This document shows, one piece after another, positions 1 to 11,203 of a DNA stretch of 64,000 bases (positions are counted from its first letter, which is position 1; every line of letters starts with the position of its first letter). The DNA comes from Ascoidea asiatica JCM 7603. Taxonomy: Eukaryota; Fungi; Ascomycota. The position numbers and the translations under genes are program-made. The stretch spans positions 87,511-151,510 of the forward strand of contig BCKQ01000019.1 in NCBI GenBank assembly GCA_001600695.1, in the 5' to 3' direction. The notes under the pieces are model-generated. The model saw only the letters and a program-made list of their open reading frames with translations. It did not search any database and was not told the DNA's origin.

Positions 1-694
1 TCATTTGAATTACTGGCATACAAATTTGTAATAATGATGGTGTTCTCCATGCCCAATTACTTTGAATTTTTAATGTACCATATGTTGCCCATCCAGAAAT
101 TGTTGAACCAATATTATAACCAGTATTATAAAGTGTACTAACAACAATACGATGTTGAACATGACAAAGTTCTGCAATTATCATTGGTGCTGAACCACAA
201 CAAATTGCATTACCAAAACCCATAATAAATCTTGCTGCAACAAACATTCTAAAATTTTTTGAAAATGTTTGTAATAAAATACCTAAAATTAAAAATGTTG
301 TTCCAACTGCAATACCTGCTTTTCTACCTAAATAATCTGCTATATATGGTGTAACAGTTAAACCACAAATTGCACCAACTGACATTATACAATTAAATAA
401 ACCTAATAATGAACCACCTGGATGATCAAAATAATTTTGCCAATATGATAAAGATTGTAAACCATTCATCATAGAACCATCAAAACCATTAGTTGTTGAA
501 GTTAAAAAACAAATGAATATAAAAAAATATAATTTTCTTAAACCTTTATCTTTATACCAACAAACTTTTGGAAATCTTTGACCTGCAATTTCAAAAGTTA
601 TTTTTTTAACTTCGGGATCAACAGAGTCTACATCATTGTAATTATCATTATCAACAATTGAATCATGTTTCTCATCATTTATAGAATCTGCCAT
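1..694 (-). CDS. MFS sugar porter (lactose permease/cellodextrin transporter LAC12/CDT-like), N-terminal 231 codons; runs off the left edge
   Basis: Not in ORF track. Manual translation from ATG at 694: MADSINDEKH...WYKDKGLRKLYFFIFICFLTSTTNGFDGSMMNGLQSL...ADYLGRK...RFIMGFG...APMIIAELCHVQHR...NWAWRTPSLLQ. The NGFDGSMMNGLQ, D-x-x-GRK and WAWR-x-PSLLQ motifs are typical of the LAC12/CDT clade. Confidence 0.9.
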   Translation of the reverse strand, partial: MADSINDEKHDSIVDNDNYNDVDSVDPEVKKITFEIAGQRFPKVCWYKDKGLRKLYFFIFICFLTSTTNGFDGSMMNGLQSLSYWQNYFDHPGGSLLGLFNCIMSVGAICGLTVTPYIADYLGRKAGIAVGTTFLILGILLQTFSKNFRMFVAARFIMGFGNAICCGSAPMIIAELCHVQHRIVVSTLYNTGYNIGSTISGWATYGTLKIQSNWAWRTPSLLQICMPVIQM

Positions 695-1203
695 TTTTGA
701 ATTAATTGAGTTTTTAAATTAATATTATCAATATTTAACTATTTTTTATACTGTTTGTATAGTTTGAGCTTAAATAAATTGAATAATTGAAATAGAGGAA
801 ATAAAAAAGATAGAGTAGAAATTAGATGACATTTCAGTCTTATTTATACATTTTGAAATATTTAAGGAAATCAAAATTCAAATAAAAAGTAAAGATTTAC
901 AATTATTCTAAACTTGGGATCATAAAGAAAATAAAAACATATTTTTTGTATATGTTTGAATTATATGATAAATTCCTTGTAGATCTTCTGTTAATAGTCG
1001 ACTTAATTAATCTTTAGAATTATTAACGTTAACAAAAAGGAATGAATATAAACCATTTGGATAATGAATGGCCAATGATAATTGAAGCACAGAGAGTTTA
1101 ACTGAATAAAACTGTAGGTAACAGTAAAGCCTTAAACCTTCTTGTCAAAAGTAAAAAACAAATTTGAAGTTTGAAAAACATATATCTTTTCGTTTTCATT
1201 TTA

Positions 1204-1246
1204 CCCCGGAATTACCCTTACATTAAAAGCGCTTTATGTTCTGGGG
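1204..1246. promoter_or_regulatory. Candidate Mig1/CreA glucose-repression GC boxes upstream of the sugar porter
   Basis: CCCCGG (1204-1209) and CTGGGG (1241-1246) match SYGGRG with AT-rich flanks, about 500 bp upstream of a sugar transporter. Confidence 0.4.
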
Positions 1247-3185
1247 TAATTTTTTATTTGAATTTTTCAGTATACTGAATAATTTAGATTAGACAAATTT
1301 TAGATACAAGATGTTCTAATTATTTTCAAGAACTCTTCAATTATGAAAACTGATAGAATGTTTAAAACCGATACTCCACGAAAATGACTCCAAGTGGGGT
1401 TTCAATAATACTTATTATAGCCATATTGATCCAAGTTGATACAATGATTAATGAGTTTTGAATATGTGGGTTCATTTTAAGTTGTGATTTGTTTTTGCAA
1501 CCATTTCAAGTAGTCAATTTCAAATTTTAGCGTATAAATGACTATGACTTGAGTTGAGTAAAAGAGATCGAATAACAGCTATAAACTTTGTTTAGATTGT
1601 TATAGTTTATCGTACAATTATAACATTGGTAAAAACCTCTAAAAATCAGGATTATGGAAATAGCAATTTTTTTCTTAACGAATTGATTGATCAAATATAT
1701 AAATTGAAATTATGAATGAAAAGTGATCAAATTCTAGAAAAAAAAAATGATACATAACTTTCTTTTATTTTTGGAGAAGAGAATCCATTTATGAAGAAGT
1801 GTTAAAAGAAAATTAAGTATGCAGAGTTCTACTTATTATTGTGCACTAAGATCTTAAATTAGTGCTACCTTTAAAAAGAAAAAATGCAAAATACGGAAAA
1901 ATCAATATCAAGAACAACATCAATATCAGTTAGTATAAATACCAATAATAATAGCAATAGCAGTATCCAGATCCATTAAATTCAAGCATTTTTTTCTTGG
2001 AATTAGATAGCACTAATTATGACTTTATCAAAATAGTGTACTGGTAATTATTTAGTAAAAAATTCTAGTATTGAGGGAAAAACCCCAACTATCTTAGGGT
2101 TTCCTATGGCTAAATTTGAACGAATTTTGAGATTTCTATATGTATTAAATGATTTAATTTCATATTTTCTGCCTGTCTTCTTCTTTTACATTAAAGGAAT
2201 CACAAAAAATTGTCGGTGTAAAATAATATCAGGATAAAATAACAATACAACTTAATACACCACAGAATACTGAAGGAAATTGAAGGAGAATAAAGGAGAA
2301 TGACCCTTTTATTTCCCATTTACCGTACTAATCAAAGGGTTTGACTGTTAGGGTTTGGGAAACAGATATTATTCGACCTGAAAACTTTATTTATGTAAAC
2401 CTAAATTTTACATTTGTGAAGTATTGTGTAAAAGCATTTATCTGCATTTCGTAAAATTTTACTGCACTCAAATGCCGATATTTGTCCTAAATCTCAGTTG
2501 ACCCAATCTCTTTTAAGTTGCGGTACAGTTTATAAACATACCCCGAAACTTCCCGGAATTAAATTTTATGCTGGATTCCATTTTTGAAACGCAGTGGCTG
2601 ATATGATGTATGTAACTGTCAGTTGCTGTGTAGCACATACGATCAAAGAAAAAGAGGTGGCGGTGGCGGTGGCAATGCGGAAAATGTCATCTGATTTCTA
2701 GAACCGTGCACGGACTTCCAAATCCACGTGATATCCGGCTGCCATTATCTCAAGAGGACTGTTTACGTTTTGCCGTTTCTGGATGCTGCTGCACAAAACC
2801 ATTCGTTTCGACGATTGGAAGAAGATTTGAAAATTGTACTGTACTGTAAGAAGATAAAGAAGATGTTAAGAAACAGGAACTCAAACTGGAATAGAACAGA
2901 ATAGGAAAAGGAAGTGCTTTTTATGGAAGTTCCGATTGTGCTTATTCTTTTATTTAACCTTCTTTTCAATTGATTATAAGTATTTCTTTCTTTCTCTCAT
3001 TTGGTTTCTGCCTCTTTCTTCTTTCTTTATTGGAAATATACTCTTTATACTGTATATCTGAAATTATAATAAAATATAATACTAAAAAATACAATTTAAT
3101 TCAATAAGATATAATAAAATAAAACATATATAAAAAAAAAAATATATTAAAAAATACTTTTTAAGGAATTCAAAATATATTGAAA

Positions 3186-4838
3186 ATGAAGCTAATCAAT
3201 TCTTTCATAATTCTATTCTATTCGGTTTCAATAATCAATGCTTCTTATATTCCAAATATTAAATTTACTTCAAATGAAGTAACTGATTACTTACATTATT
3301 TAAATGAATTAAAAAATCAATTGAATCCATTTAGATCTAGTTCAATTGATTCTTATGGTGAAAATAATAATATTAATGATGATGATAATAACCAGGCTTT
3401 ATATCTAGATAAATTAGAAGATTTACCTTTAATTGATACAGAAATTTTTCAATCTTTAGTTAATGAAAAAGATTTAAGATTAGGTGCAAATATTTTATAT
3501 AATATATCTTTATCTTCTATCGATGAATATAATCATCCAACAAGAGTTATCGGTTCAAAAGGTCATTATAAAACAATTGGTTTTATTTTAAATACTTTAA
3601 ATAAATTTTCAAATTATTATAGTATTAAAACTCAAGATTTTTTTTCAACTCAAGGTAAAGTTAAGTCATATTCTTTATTAATTGATGGTATAAAACCAAA
3701 ATCTTTAAAAGTTTTCCAATTATCTCCTCCAACAAAAAATAATGATTTAGTCAGTGGTAATTTAATTAAAGTTTCAAATTTTGGTTGTAAACTATCTGAT
3801 TTTCCAGAAAATTCAAAAAATAATATTTTATTAATCGAAAGAGGTCAATGTACTTTTGGTGAAAAATCAGAATTAGCTGGTCAAAATGGTGCTTTAGCTA
3901 CTATTATCTATAATAATGAACCTGGTGATGATTCTGTAAGTGGTACATTAGGTGAACCAACTCCAAATCATGTTCCAACTTTAGGTATATCAAATAATGA
4001 TGCTCTAGTTTTCATTGAAAAATTAGATAATAATGAAATTTTAGAAACCTCAGTTTTTGTTGATTCTTATATTTCAAAAATTAAAACAACTAATGTTATT
4101 GCAACTTCAAGAATTGGCGATCAAGATAATATTGTTATGTTAGGTGGTCATACAGATTCTGTTGAAGCTGGCCCTGGTATTAATGATGATGGTTCTGGAA
4201 CTATATCTTTATTAAATTTAGCTGTTTATTTAACTAAATTTAGTGTAAATAATGCTGTTAGATTTGCATTTTGGGCTGCTGAAGAAGAAGGTTTAGTTGG
4301 TTCAACTTATTATGTTGATCAATTATCTCAAATTGAAAATAAAAAAATTAGATTATTTATGGATTATGATATGATGGGCTCACCAAATTATGCCTATCAA
4401 GTTTATAATGCAAATAATATTGATAATCCTGCAGGCTCTGAGGAATTGAAAAATTTATATATTGATTGGTATATATCAAATGGTTTAAATTATACTTTAA
4501 TTCCATTTGATGGTAGATCTGATTACGATGCTTTTATTAAAAATTTGATCCCTGGTGGAGGTATTGCAACTGGTGCAGAAGGTATTAAAACTGATGAAGA
4601 AGTGAAATTATTTGGTGGTAAAGCAGGGGATTGGTATGATCCTTGTTATCATCAATTATGTGATGATTTATCTAATCCGAATTATGATGCTTGGGTAATT
4701 AATACAAAATTAATTGCTCATTCAATTGCTATATATGCAAATTCTTTAAAAGATTTCCCAATTAGAGAAGATTTACTCACTGCAGAATCTAGAAAGATTC
4801 CTGAATTTAAATACCATGGTTCTCATTTAATAATATAA
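3186..4838 (+). CDS. APE3: Aminopeptidase Y (M28 metallopeptidase with PA domain), secretory/vacuolar
   Basis: First ATG at 3186 (track start 3180 is TTG). Signal peptide MKLINSFIILFYSVSIINA, PA domain (LIERGQCTFGEKS), M28 motifs GGHTDSV, GINDDGSG, AAEEEGLVGS, DYDMMGSPN, GRSDY, CYHQLCD. Confidence 0.9.
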   Translation: MKLINSFIILFYSVSIINASYIPNIKFTSNEVTDYLHYLNELKNQLNPFRSSSIDSYGENNNINDDDNNQALYLDKLEDLPLIDTEIFQSLVNEKDLRLGANILYNISLSSIDEYNHPTRVIGSKGHYKTIGFILNTLNKFSNYYSIKTQDFFSTQGKVKSYSLLIDGIKPKSLKVFQLSPPTKNNDLVSGNLIKVSNFGCKLSDFPENSKNNILLIERGQCTFGEKSELAGQNGALATIIYNNEPGDDSVSGTLGEPTPNHVPTLGISNNDALVFIEKLDNNEILETSVFVDSYISKIKTTNVIATSRIGDQDNIVMLGGHTDSVEAGPGINDDGSGTISLLNLAVYLTKFSVNNAVRFAFWAAEEEGLVGSTYYVDQLSQIENKKIRLFMDYDMMGSPNYAYQVYNANNIDNPAGSEELKNLYIDWYISNGLNYTLIPFDGRSDYDAFIKNLIPGGGIATGAEGIKTDEEVKLFGGKAGDWYDPCYHQLCDDLSNPNYDAWVINTKLIAHSIAIYANSLKDFPIREDLLTAESRKIPEFKYHGSHLII

Positions 4839-5185
4839 TTCAAAACTAAATCAAAATCATTTCTATAGATTACAATTAATAAAAAAAATCCCATAATATA
4901 ACTCCTGCTTTTCTTTTATTAAAAGTCTGCCTGTCTCTGCCTTCGGCCGCCGATATTATGGACTAACTTTTTTTCTTACTTTTGAACCGCCAACCTTAAC
5001 CGGAAAAACTTTTCCTTGGAAAACACCTTTGAAAAAAAGAATATTTTTTACAGTTATTCACTCAAGTAAATAAGACAAAATAGATTGAATATTAATATAT
5101 ATGAAATAATATTGAATAAACTGAAGCTATAACGTAGAAATAGATATAAATGAGGTAAAAAAAGAAAAAGAAAGATATAGAGAAA

Positions 5186-6731
5186 TCACAAAGCATATCT
5201 AAATTTTGGATTTTGCAAATCAGTTAAATCTGCAAATTCTTGATTCTCGAATTTTTCATCATTAGATGGACTTTCTTCATCCCTTTTATTTCTTCTTTTA
5301 TTTTCCAACCAATATGAAATATAAATAGCAACTAGACATACCAAAGCAATTGAATAACAAACAACAATTGAAATTTTTGCAGATGTATAATGAGGAGATT
5401 CACTACTTCTAAAAGTTTGAGGTCCAACAACATTTCCTACACAATATCCGATTAAATAAATTGCATTAACTGTAATTTTTTTTTTTTTGTATGACCAGCA
5501 GTATTTGATGCAAAACAACTTAAACAACATATCATACATGTTGGAGTAATGATGATAAATAATACCCAGCTAATCTTGTTTTTTTAGATTCGGTTGCAAA
5601 AGCTAACATACAACTTGCTATTACAGCCATAGAACCTGAAAAACAAGCAATTGATAATCTATGTTTAATATATTTATTTGCATAACCCATTAACCAGCAA
5701 CCAACGATTTCAACGGCACCTGAAGGTAATCCCATCAAAAGTGAATCTAAAGTATTATAGCCAAAATCTTCTGATAATAAAATTGCACTAAAATTTGTCA
5801 TTCCTCCATTTGGTATATCTGTTGAAATTGCAATTATGAAAAAAATCCAAGTTCTATAATCTGATAAAGCTTCTTTAAATTGATCGAGTTTAAAATGTTT
5901 ATTACCAAAGCCTTGATTATTACTTCTAATTCTTTCAATAATCATTAGTTTCTCATTTTCATTTAAAAACCAGGCTTCAGCAGGAGTATTTGGTATATGA
6001 ATACCAAAAATTATGCCAACAACAATTGTCATTAAGCCTGTGATAATAAATAAAATTTTCCAAGATTCAATTCCGTCATAACTATGACTTGCTAAACCAT
6101 AGGCAATTGATGAACCCATAAGTATACCAAACCCATTAAAACAAAACCAAATTGAAGTTCTAATAAATTGTTCTTCTTGTTTATACCATTGAGAAGTAAA
6201 TAAAACCATTGCAGGAGTTATTGCACTTTCCAACATACCTAAAACTGTTCTTAAAAATATGAAACCAGTATAATTTGGAGTTGCGTGAAGACAAAGAATA
6301 ATACCCCAAAATATTATAAAAAAAGAAGTACATTTAGCTAAAGGAAATTTTTGTAATAATCTACTTGCAGGAAATTCAAAAAATAAGTAACCTAAATAAA
6401 AAGAAGATCCAACCCAAGAATATTTATCACCGGTCATATTCAAATCAGTTTTTAAACCCATAATTGAAGCATAAGAATTTGTAACTTTATCCATAAATTG
6501 AACAGAATATAATAAACAAAAAATAGGCATAATATATAAATCAATTTTTCTTAAAAGTTTATCATTAGTTTCTTTATCAATAACTAATTTTTCTTTTCCC
6601 TTTATATAATTTAAAGCTAAATCTGCATCATTTAAATCAATATTAATTTCTTCACCTTTTGGAGAAATTACTGTCACAAGTTCGGTTACTTTTTTCTCTT
6701 TTTCAAGAGAAGAACTACTACTCAAAGCCAT
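5186..6731 (-). pseudogene. DAL5-family (allantoate/dipeptide, ACS-MFS) permease broken by two frameshifts near TM10-11
   Basis: ORF 5532-6731 has LLRKIDLYIMP, QFMDK, WYKQEEQFIR, ERIRSNNQGFGNKHFK. The conserved segment ITPTCMICCLSCFASNTAGHTKK is in a different frame (about 5480-5550). ITVNAIYLIGYCVGNVVGPQTF...FADLTDLQNPKFRYAL resumes in another frame after an A13 run (T13 at 5476-5488). Assembly error cannot be excluded. Confidence 0.8.
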
Positions 6732-7288
6732 TTTTATATAAAATTTTATTTAAAGCAATTAATTGAAAAGAAAATTGAAAAAAAAAGAAAATTCTTGAAT
6801 TTAAAAAAAAAAGAAAACTGATGCTCATTTTATACACTAAAATAATCAATAGGTTTCAGCTGCTTCAAAAAATTTTAAAAAAAATTGGTTCCCTTTCTCA
6901 TAGAAAAAATTCAAATATTGACCCAAAAATTTATTGAATAGATAAGTACAGAAAAAGGAATTCATTCATGAATTAAGATATTATTGGTAGCTTTTACTAC
7001 TATAATTTCTTCTCTTATTCTTTTTTCAAAATTTTGGGAGCTTTGAATTAATTTTATTTCTCGAAAAATACAAATCCTCTTGATAATAATTGAACTATAT
7101 TTTCAAATTTGAATACCATTTTGAGTGTCTTTTTTTTAATAAATTCCAAAAAAACAAGAAAATTTGAAAAATAGCTAAAAAAAAAACGTCTTATAAGTAA
7201 TCAAAGACAGGTTAAAAACATTTTCTCCAATTAAATGGAATAGTTTAAATTTAAATTCCCCTGTATTTATTACAAACACTTGTAAGGT

Positions 7289-7334
7289 GATAATTGCTGA
7301 TAAGGAAAAAACTTCTGATAAGAATTCTGATAAA
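7289..7334. promoter_or_regulatory. GATA-factor (Gln3/Gat1-type, nitrogen catabolite repression) site cluster upstream of the DAL5-like gene
   Basis: GATAAT 7289, GATAAG 7299, GATAAG 7317 and GATAAA 7329 within 46 bp; another GATAAG at 6941. Confidence 0.6.
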
Positions 7335-7852
7335 TAAAAAAGTGCAGGGCCCAGACCATTTTTCCGGAGAATGCTTCTAGACGCAAAACACGGTAGGAAT
7401 AACGTAATATGCATGACAATGCAGATATAGAAATGAAATTCAACCTTTAATTCCGGGAATGCACTTAGGTGCATTTGTTCTCGGAAAAATTAATTGCACG
7501 TGTTAGGGTTCTTAGTTGAAAGTACGCTATTGACGAGCTATTCCAGTTAGTGAACTCTTTTCATTCCTTAATTACAAATGGAAAAGGAGAATTAGCTGAT
7601 TTAACTGATAAAAGTGTCATATACTGCTCTAATATTATATATGATTAAATAAGTAATATTTAGTGTTTTTAACCAAAGCATCCCAAAAATGTGTGATGGT
7701 GATAGAAATATTACTATAAATGGATTAGCTCCCATAGTTTTAAAGGAGACACACCTGAAGGAGCCTCAAAATTTCAACAGATTATAGAAGAAGCAGATCC
7801 TTATAAATTGTGACTTGTTTTATACAGCTTATTATACTGTATGCTTTAGGAA

Positions 7853-8363
7853 TCATAAATGGCTGTTGTTTTTATTGTTATTATTGATATTATTATTATT
7901 GGTGCTATTAATATTTGATTTATTAATTGATTAAATTGAATTTTGATTATTTTGATTATTTTGACTATTGAAAAGTCGTGTTTGTAAATTTTTTTTAACA
8001 TTAGCTATATCTTTTCTATATAAACTATGATTCATAGAAGCTAAAAATAATTTGGTTTCTAATAATCCAATTAGATTTACGAATGTTTGTCGACTATCTA
8101 TTGGAACTTTACTATAACCTAATATTAAAAAAGTTACTACTTTTCATCTTTCTTGTGTTGGAAAATTTTTTTGCCATTCATATTTATAATTTACAGTATT
8201 ACTATTAGTGGAATTAGTATTGTTATTAATACTATTGATAATATTAGCCATTTGTTGATTGATATATGATTGGTAAGTGTTATTGTTATTATTATTGTTG
8301 TTACTAAGTGGAATATTTGGATTGAGGTTATTTGAATTTATATTTCGATTTACCTCTAGACAT
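7853..8363 (-). pseudogene. Interrupted Asn-rich gene with a Gal11/Med15 KIX-like domain
   Basis: ATG at 8363 in strong context (CAAAATGTCT), 1-nt frameshift after MSRG, then one frame reads NRNINSNNLNPNIPLSNNN...YEWQKNFPTQER*KVVTFLILGYSKVPIDSRQTFVNLIGLLETKLFLASMNHSLYRKDIANVKKNLQTRLFNSQNNQNNQNSI*SINKSN...HL*. Stops at 8146-8144 (TGA), 7933-7931 (TAA) and 7855-7853. The KIX assignment is by recalled pattern only. Confidence 0.55.
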
Positions 8364-8824
8364 TTTGATTAATAGTATATGCTAAGATAAGATAGGATAT
8401 AATAAATAGACAAGAAAGTAAAGAATATAATATAAACTGTACTATACTAAGATAGAATAGAAAAAAATACAATAAAATAGACAAAATAAACAAGTTAAAC
8501 CAAATTGAGAATATATATTGTAACCACTTTAATATTATATTGAATGAATGAAATGTATTTGGAATATGAGATATATTATGTAAGGGATGTACTGTATTTA
8601 TATATAGCGAAAAGAGCTATTGATTAATAGGAAATATAAAAATCAATGATATGAATGATATTACTTCAGTTATCTATTATCAATTATCAATTAGAAAATA
8701 AAAAATATATAATTATATAGAGTAGTGACTCTGTCAGAGTACCAGTATCTACCATTTTTTTTGCACCTTATTCATGGTATGATTTGGTTATATAATTTGG
8801 TTAGTTATTCGATTTCATATTTAT

Positions 8825-10189
8825 TCATTTTAATAAGGATAATTCTTTTTCATTTATTGCTTTGGTTACAGCACTTACAATTATATCTATTTCTTCTTTT
8901 GAGACAGTGAATGGAGGAGCAATTAAAATATGATCACCATTTATACCATCGATTGTACCAGAACCAGGATAAACATAAACTCCATTTTTTAGAATATTTT
9001 TTTGAATTTGAGAACCAATATGAATTGAAGGATCAAAAGGTTTTTTAGTTTTTTTATCTTTAACAAATTCAATACCCCAAAATAAACCACGACCTCTAAT
9101 ATTTCCAACAATTTTATTTGATGATAAATTTTTTATTAAACTTTCAGATAAATAAATACCCATTTTTTTAACATTATCTAATAAATTATTTTCTTCAATA
9201 TATTCTGAAACTGCTAAACCTGCAGCACATGAATATGGAAAGGTTTGAAAAGTATGACCATTATTAAAAGAATTAGAACCTTTTTTTAAAACATCTAAAA
9301 TTTTTGGAGTTATAAAAACTGCAGATAATGGAGAGAATCCACTAGAAATTGCTTTACCAGAAGTTGTAATATCAGGAATTATATCTTCTTGTTCCCAAGC
9401 AAAAAAAGTTCCAGATCTTCCACTACCACACATAATTTCATCTAAAATTAATAGAATATCATATTTTTCACAAATTTGTTTAATTTTTTTAAAATAATTT
9501 TTTGGAGCTATTGTACAACCAGTTGCAGCACCAACTATAGTTTCTGCAAAAAATCCAGCAATATTTTCAGAACCAATTTCATTAATTTTATCTTCAAAAT
9601 TTTGAATTAATCTATTAACATAATCATCAGTTGATTCATTTTTAAGTTTATATCTATATTCATTTGCAGAATCAACTTTGTGAAAATTATTTTTATTTAA
9701 AATTTTTTCAAATGGTTTTCTTCTTAATTTATGATCAGATAAAGATAAACATGATAAAGTATTACCATGATAAGAATGATTTCTTGAAATAAATTGATTT
9801 TTATTAAATTTACCTTGTTCATAAAAATATTGAATTGATAATTTTATTGCAGCTTCATTTGCTTCACTACCAGAACTAATAAAATAAACTTTTGATAAAT
9901 TTTTTTTATAATTTTTTAATAATTTATTACTTAAAGTTTCTGCAGCAGAAGTTGTAAAAAAAGATGAATGAATATATGTAACATTTGAAAGTTGAGATGA
10001 TAATTTTTTAATAACTTCAGGATTTGAATGACCAACAGATATTACAGCTGCACCACTACATGCATCTAAAATTTTTTCACCATTTTGAAGATAAATAAAT
10101 GAACCTTTTGCATTTTCAACTACTAATGGACAATCAGATAATGATCTATGTAATAAAGAAGAATCTAAAAGTTCTTGATCTGTTATCAT
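8825..10189 (-). CDS. Class-III PLP-dependent aminotransferase (YodT/BioA-like fungal subfamily), substrate unknown
   Basis: ILDACSGAAVISVGH, SGSEANEAAIKL, SYHGNT, FFAETIVGAATG, LILDEIMCGSGRSG, PDITTSGK (PLP lysine), HTF, IRGRGLFWGIEFV, GDHILIAPP. Confidence 0.92.
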   Translation of the reverse strand: MITDQELLDSSLLHRSLSDCPLVVENAKGSFIYLQNGEKILDACSGAAVISVGHSNPEVIKKLSSQLSNVTYIHSSFFTTSAAETLSNKLLKNYKKNLSKVYFISSGSEANEAAIKLSIQYFYEQGKFNKNQFISRNHSYHGNTLSCLSLSDHKLRRKPFEKILNKNNFHKVDSANEYRYKLKNESTDDYVNRLIQNFEDKINEIGSENIAGFFAETIVGAATGCTIAPKNYFKKIKQICEKYDILLILDEIMCGSGRSGTFFAWEQEDIIPDITTSGKAISSGFSPLSAVFITPKILDVLKKGSNSFNNGHTFQTFPYSCAAGLAVSEYIEENNLLDNVKKMGIYLSESLIKNLSSNKIVGNIRGRGLFWGIEFVKDKKTKKPFDPSIHIGSQIQKNILKNGVYVYPGSGTIDGINGDHILIAPPFTVSKEEIDIIVSAVTKAINEKELSLLK

Positions 10190-10385
10190 TATAATGAAAT
10201 TGACTTTATTATGATTATTATTATTATCCTTAACTAACTAACTAACTACCTTACAAATTAGCAAAGTATGATCATTGTTTGATTTATAAGGAGATTTCGA
10301 GTACTTTAAATAAATAGAAGAACCATTTTTATATACAGTATATTAAGTAAGATGAGTTTGGATCTATTAGAATATCTGCTCTCTC

Positions 10386-10587
10386 GATAAGCTCAATCGA
10401 AGTCTCGAAATAATAGTAACACTCTTAGATAAGAGAACAAGCTTCATTTTGCTGTCAACTGCTCGGTTAGATGAAACGCAGGTCACGACGGGCAACTGCA
10501 TGCCAATTGCCGAAAGGAGAAGATTAACCGATGATATTGACCTGGGGTTTATCCGAGAATGTCTCGTTTAGCTTATCCTGGCGGCTA
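10386..10587. promoter_or_regulatory. GATA sites and URS1 (Ume6)-like core in the aminotransferase/small-ORF divergent promoter
   Basis: GATAAG at 10386 and 10428, CTTATC at 10572, GGCGGCTA at 10580-10587. Confidence 0.5.
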
Positions 10588-11203
10588 AAAGTGGCCATTT
10601 GAATTAGGAAATATAAAGTAAATGAATTCCGGTTATATCCACTGAGGTGGTAGTACCAGCAACATGGGTAATGCAAGTTGAATTACTTCAATGCAGTAAT
10701 GTCTGCGGAGTGGAACCGTAATATTTTTTATCCATGCATGGATTAATCCGGAACATAATCCAGTTCTGGAATGCACATCCATGTTTATTTTTTCCAGGCT
10801 TACGTAATTCTGAGTTGTCACGCGTTCCAAATGTAGACAAGCAATGAAATTGGGATGGCAAGCAACAAAAAACATAAAAACAATTTTGGCTCATGAAGAC
10901 AGAAGAAATAAATCAAAAAAGAAATAACAAGAAACAACAAGCAATGACAAGAAAAGAAAGGGGATTATTGAAGTGAATTGAAGCGAATTGAATTGAATTG
11001 AAATGAAATGACTTGAAAGAAAAAGAATTGAAAATGTGCATTGAAAACAGTTTGTATAATAAATATGAAAGAGAAAGACAATTGAATTGTTTTTAATTTG
11101 ATAATGTAATAGAAATCCATATTTTAAATCTAATACAAACTAGAATATAATTCAATAATATAACCAACCATTCAACAATATACTCACACTCAATAATAAA
11201 ACA

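Noticed and set aside
1747-1979. Short coding-looking stretch (31-codon ORF from 1884)
   Set aside because: No recognisable homology in any frame; multiple stops.
2094-7508. TTAGGG hexamers at 2094, 2348 and 7503
   Set aside because: Isolated single copies. They may be Tbf1 sites, but they are not a telomeric array and no adjacent snoRNA could be identified.
8200-8355. Possible intron (GTAAAT...TACTAAT...TAG on minus) rescuing the KIX-like gene
   Set aside because: Splicing it does not restore the frame, and the TGA at 8146 would remain.
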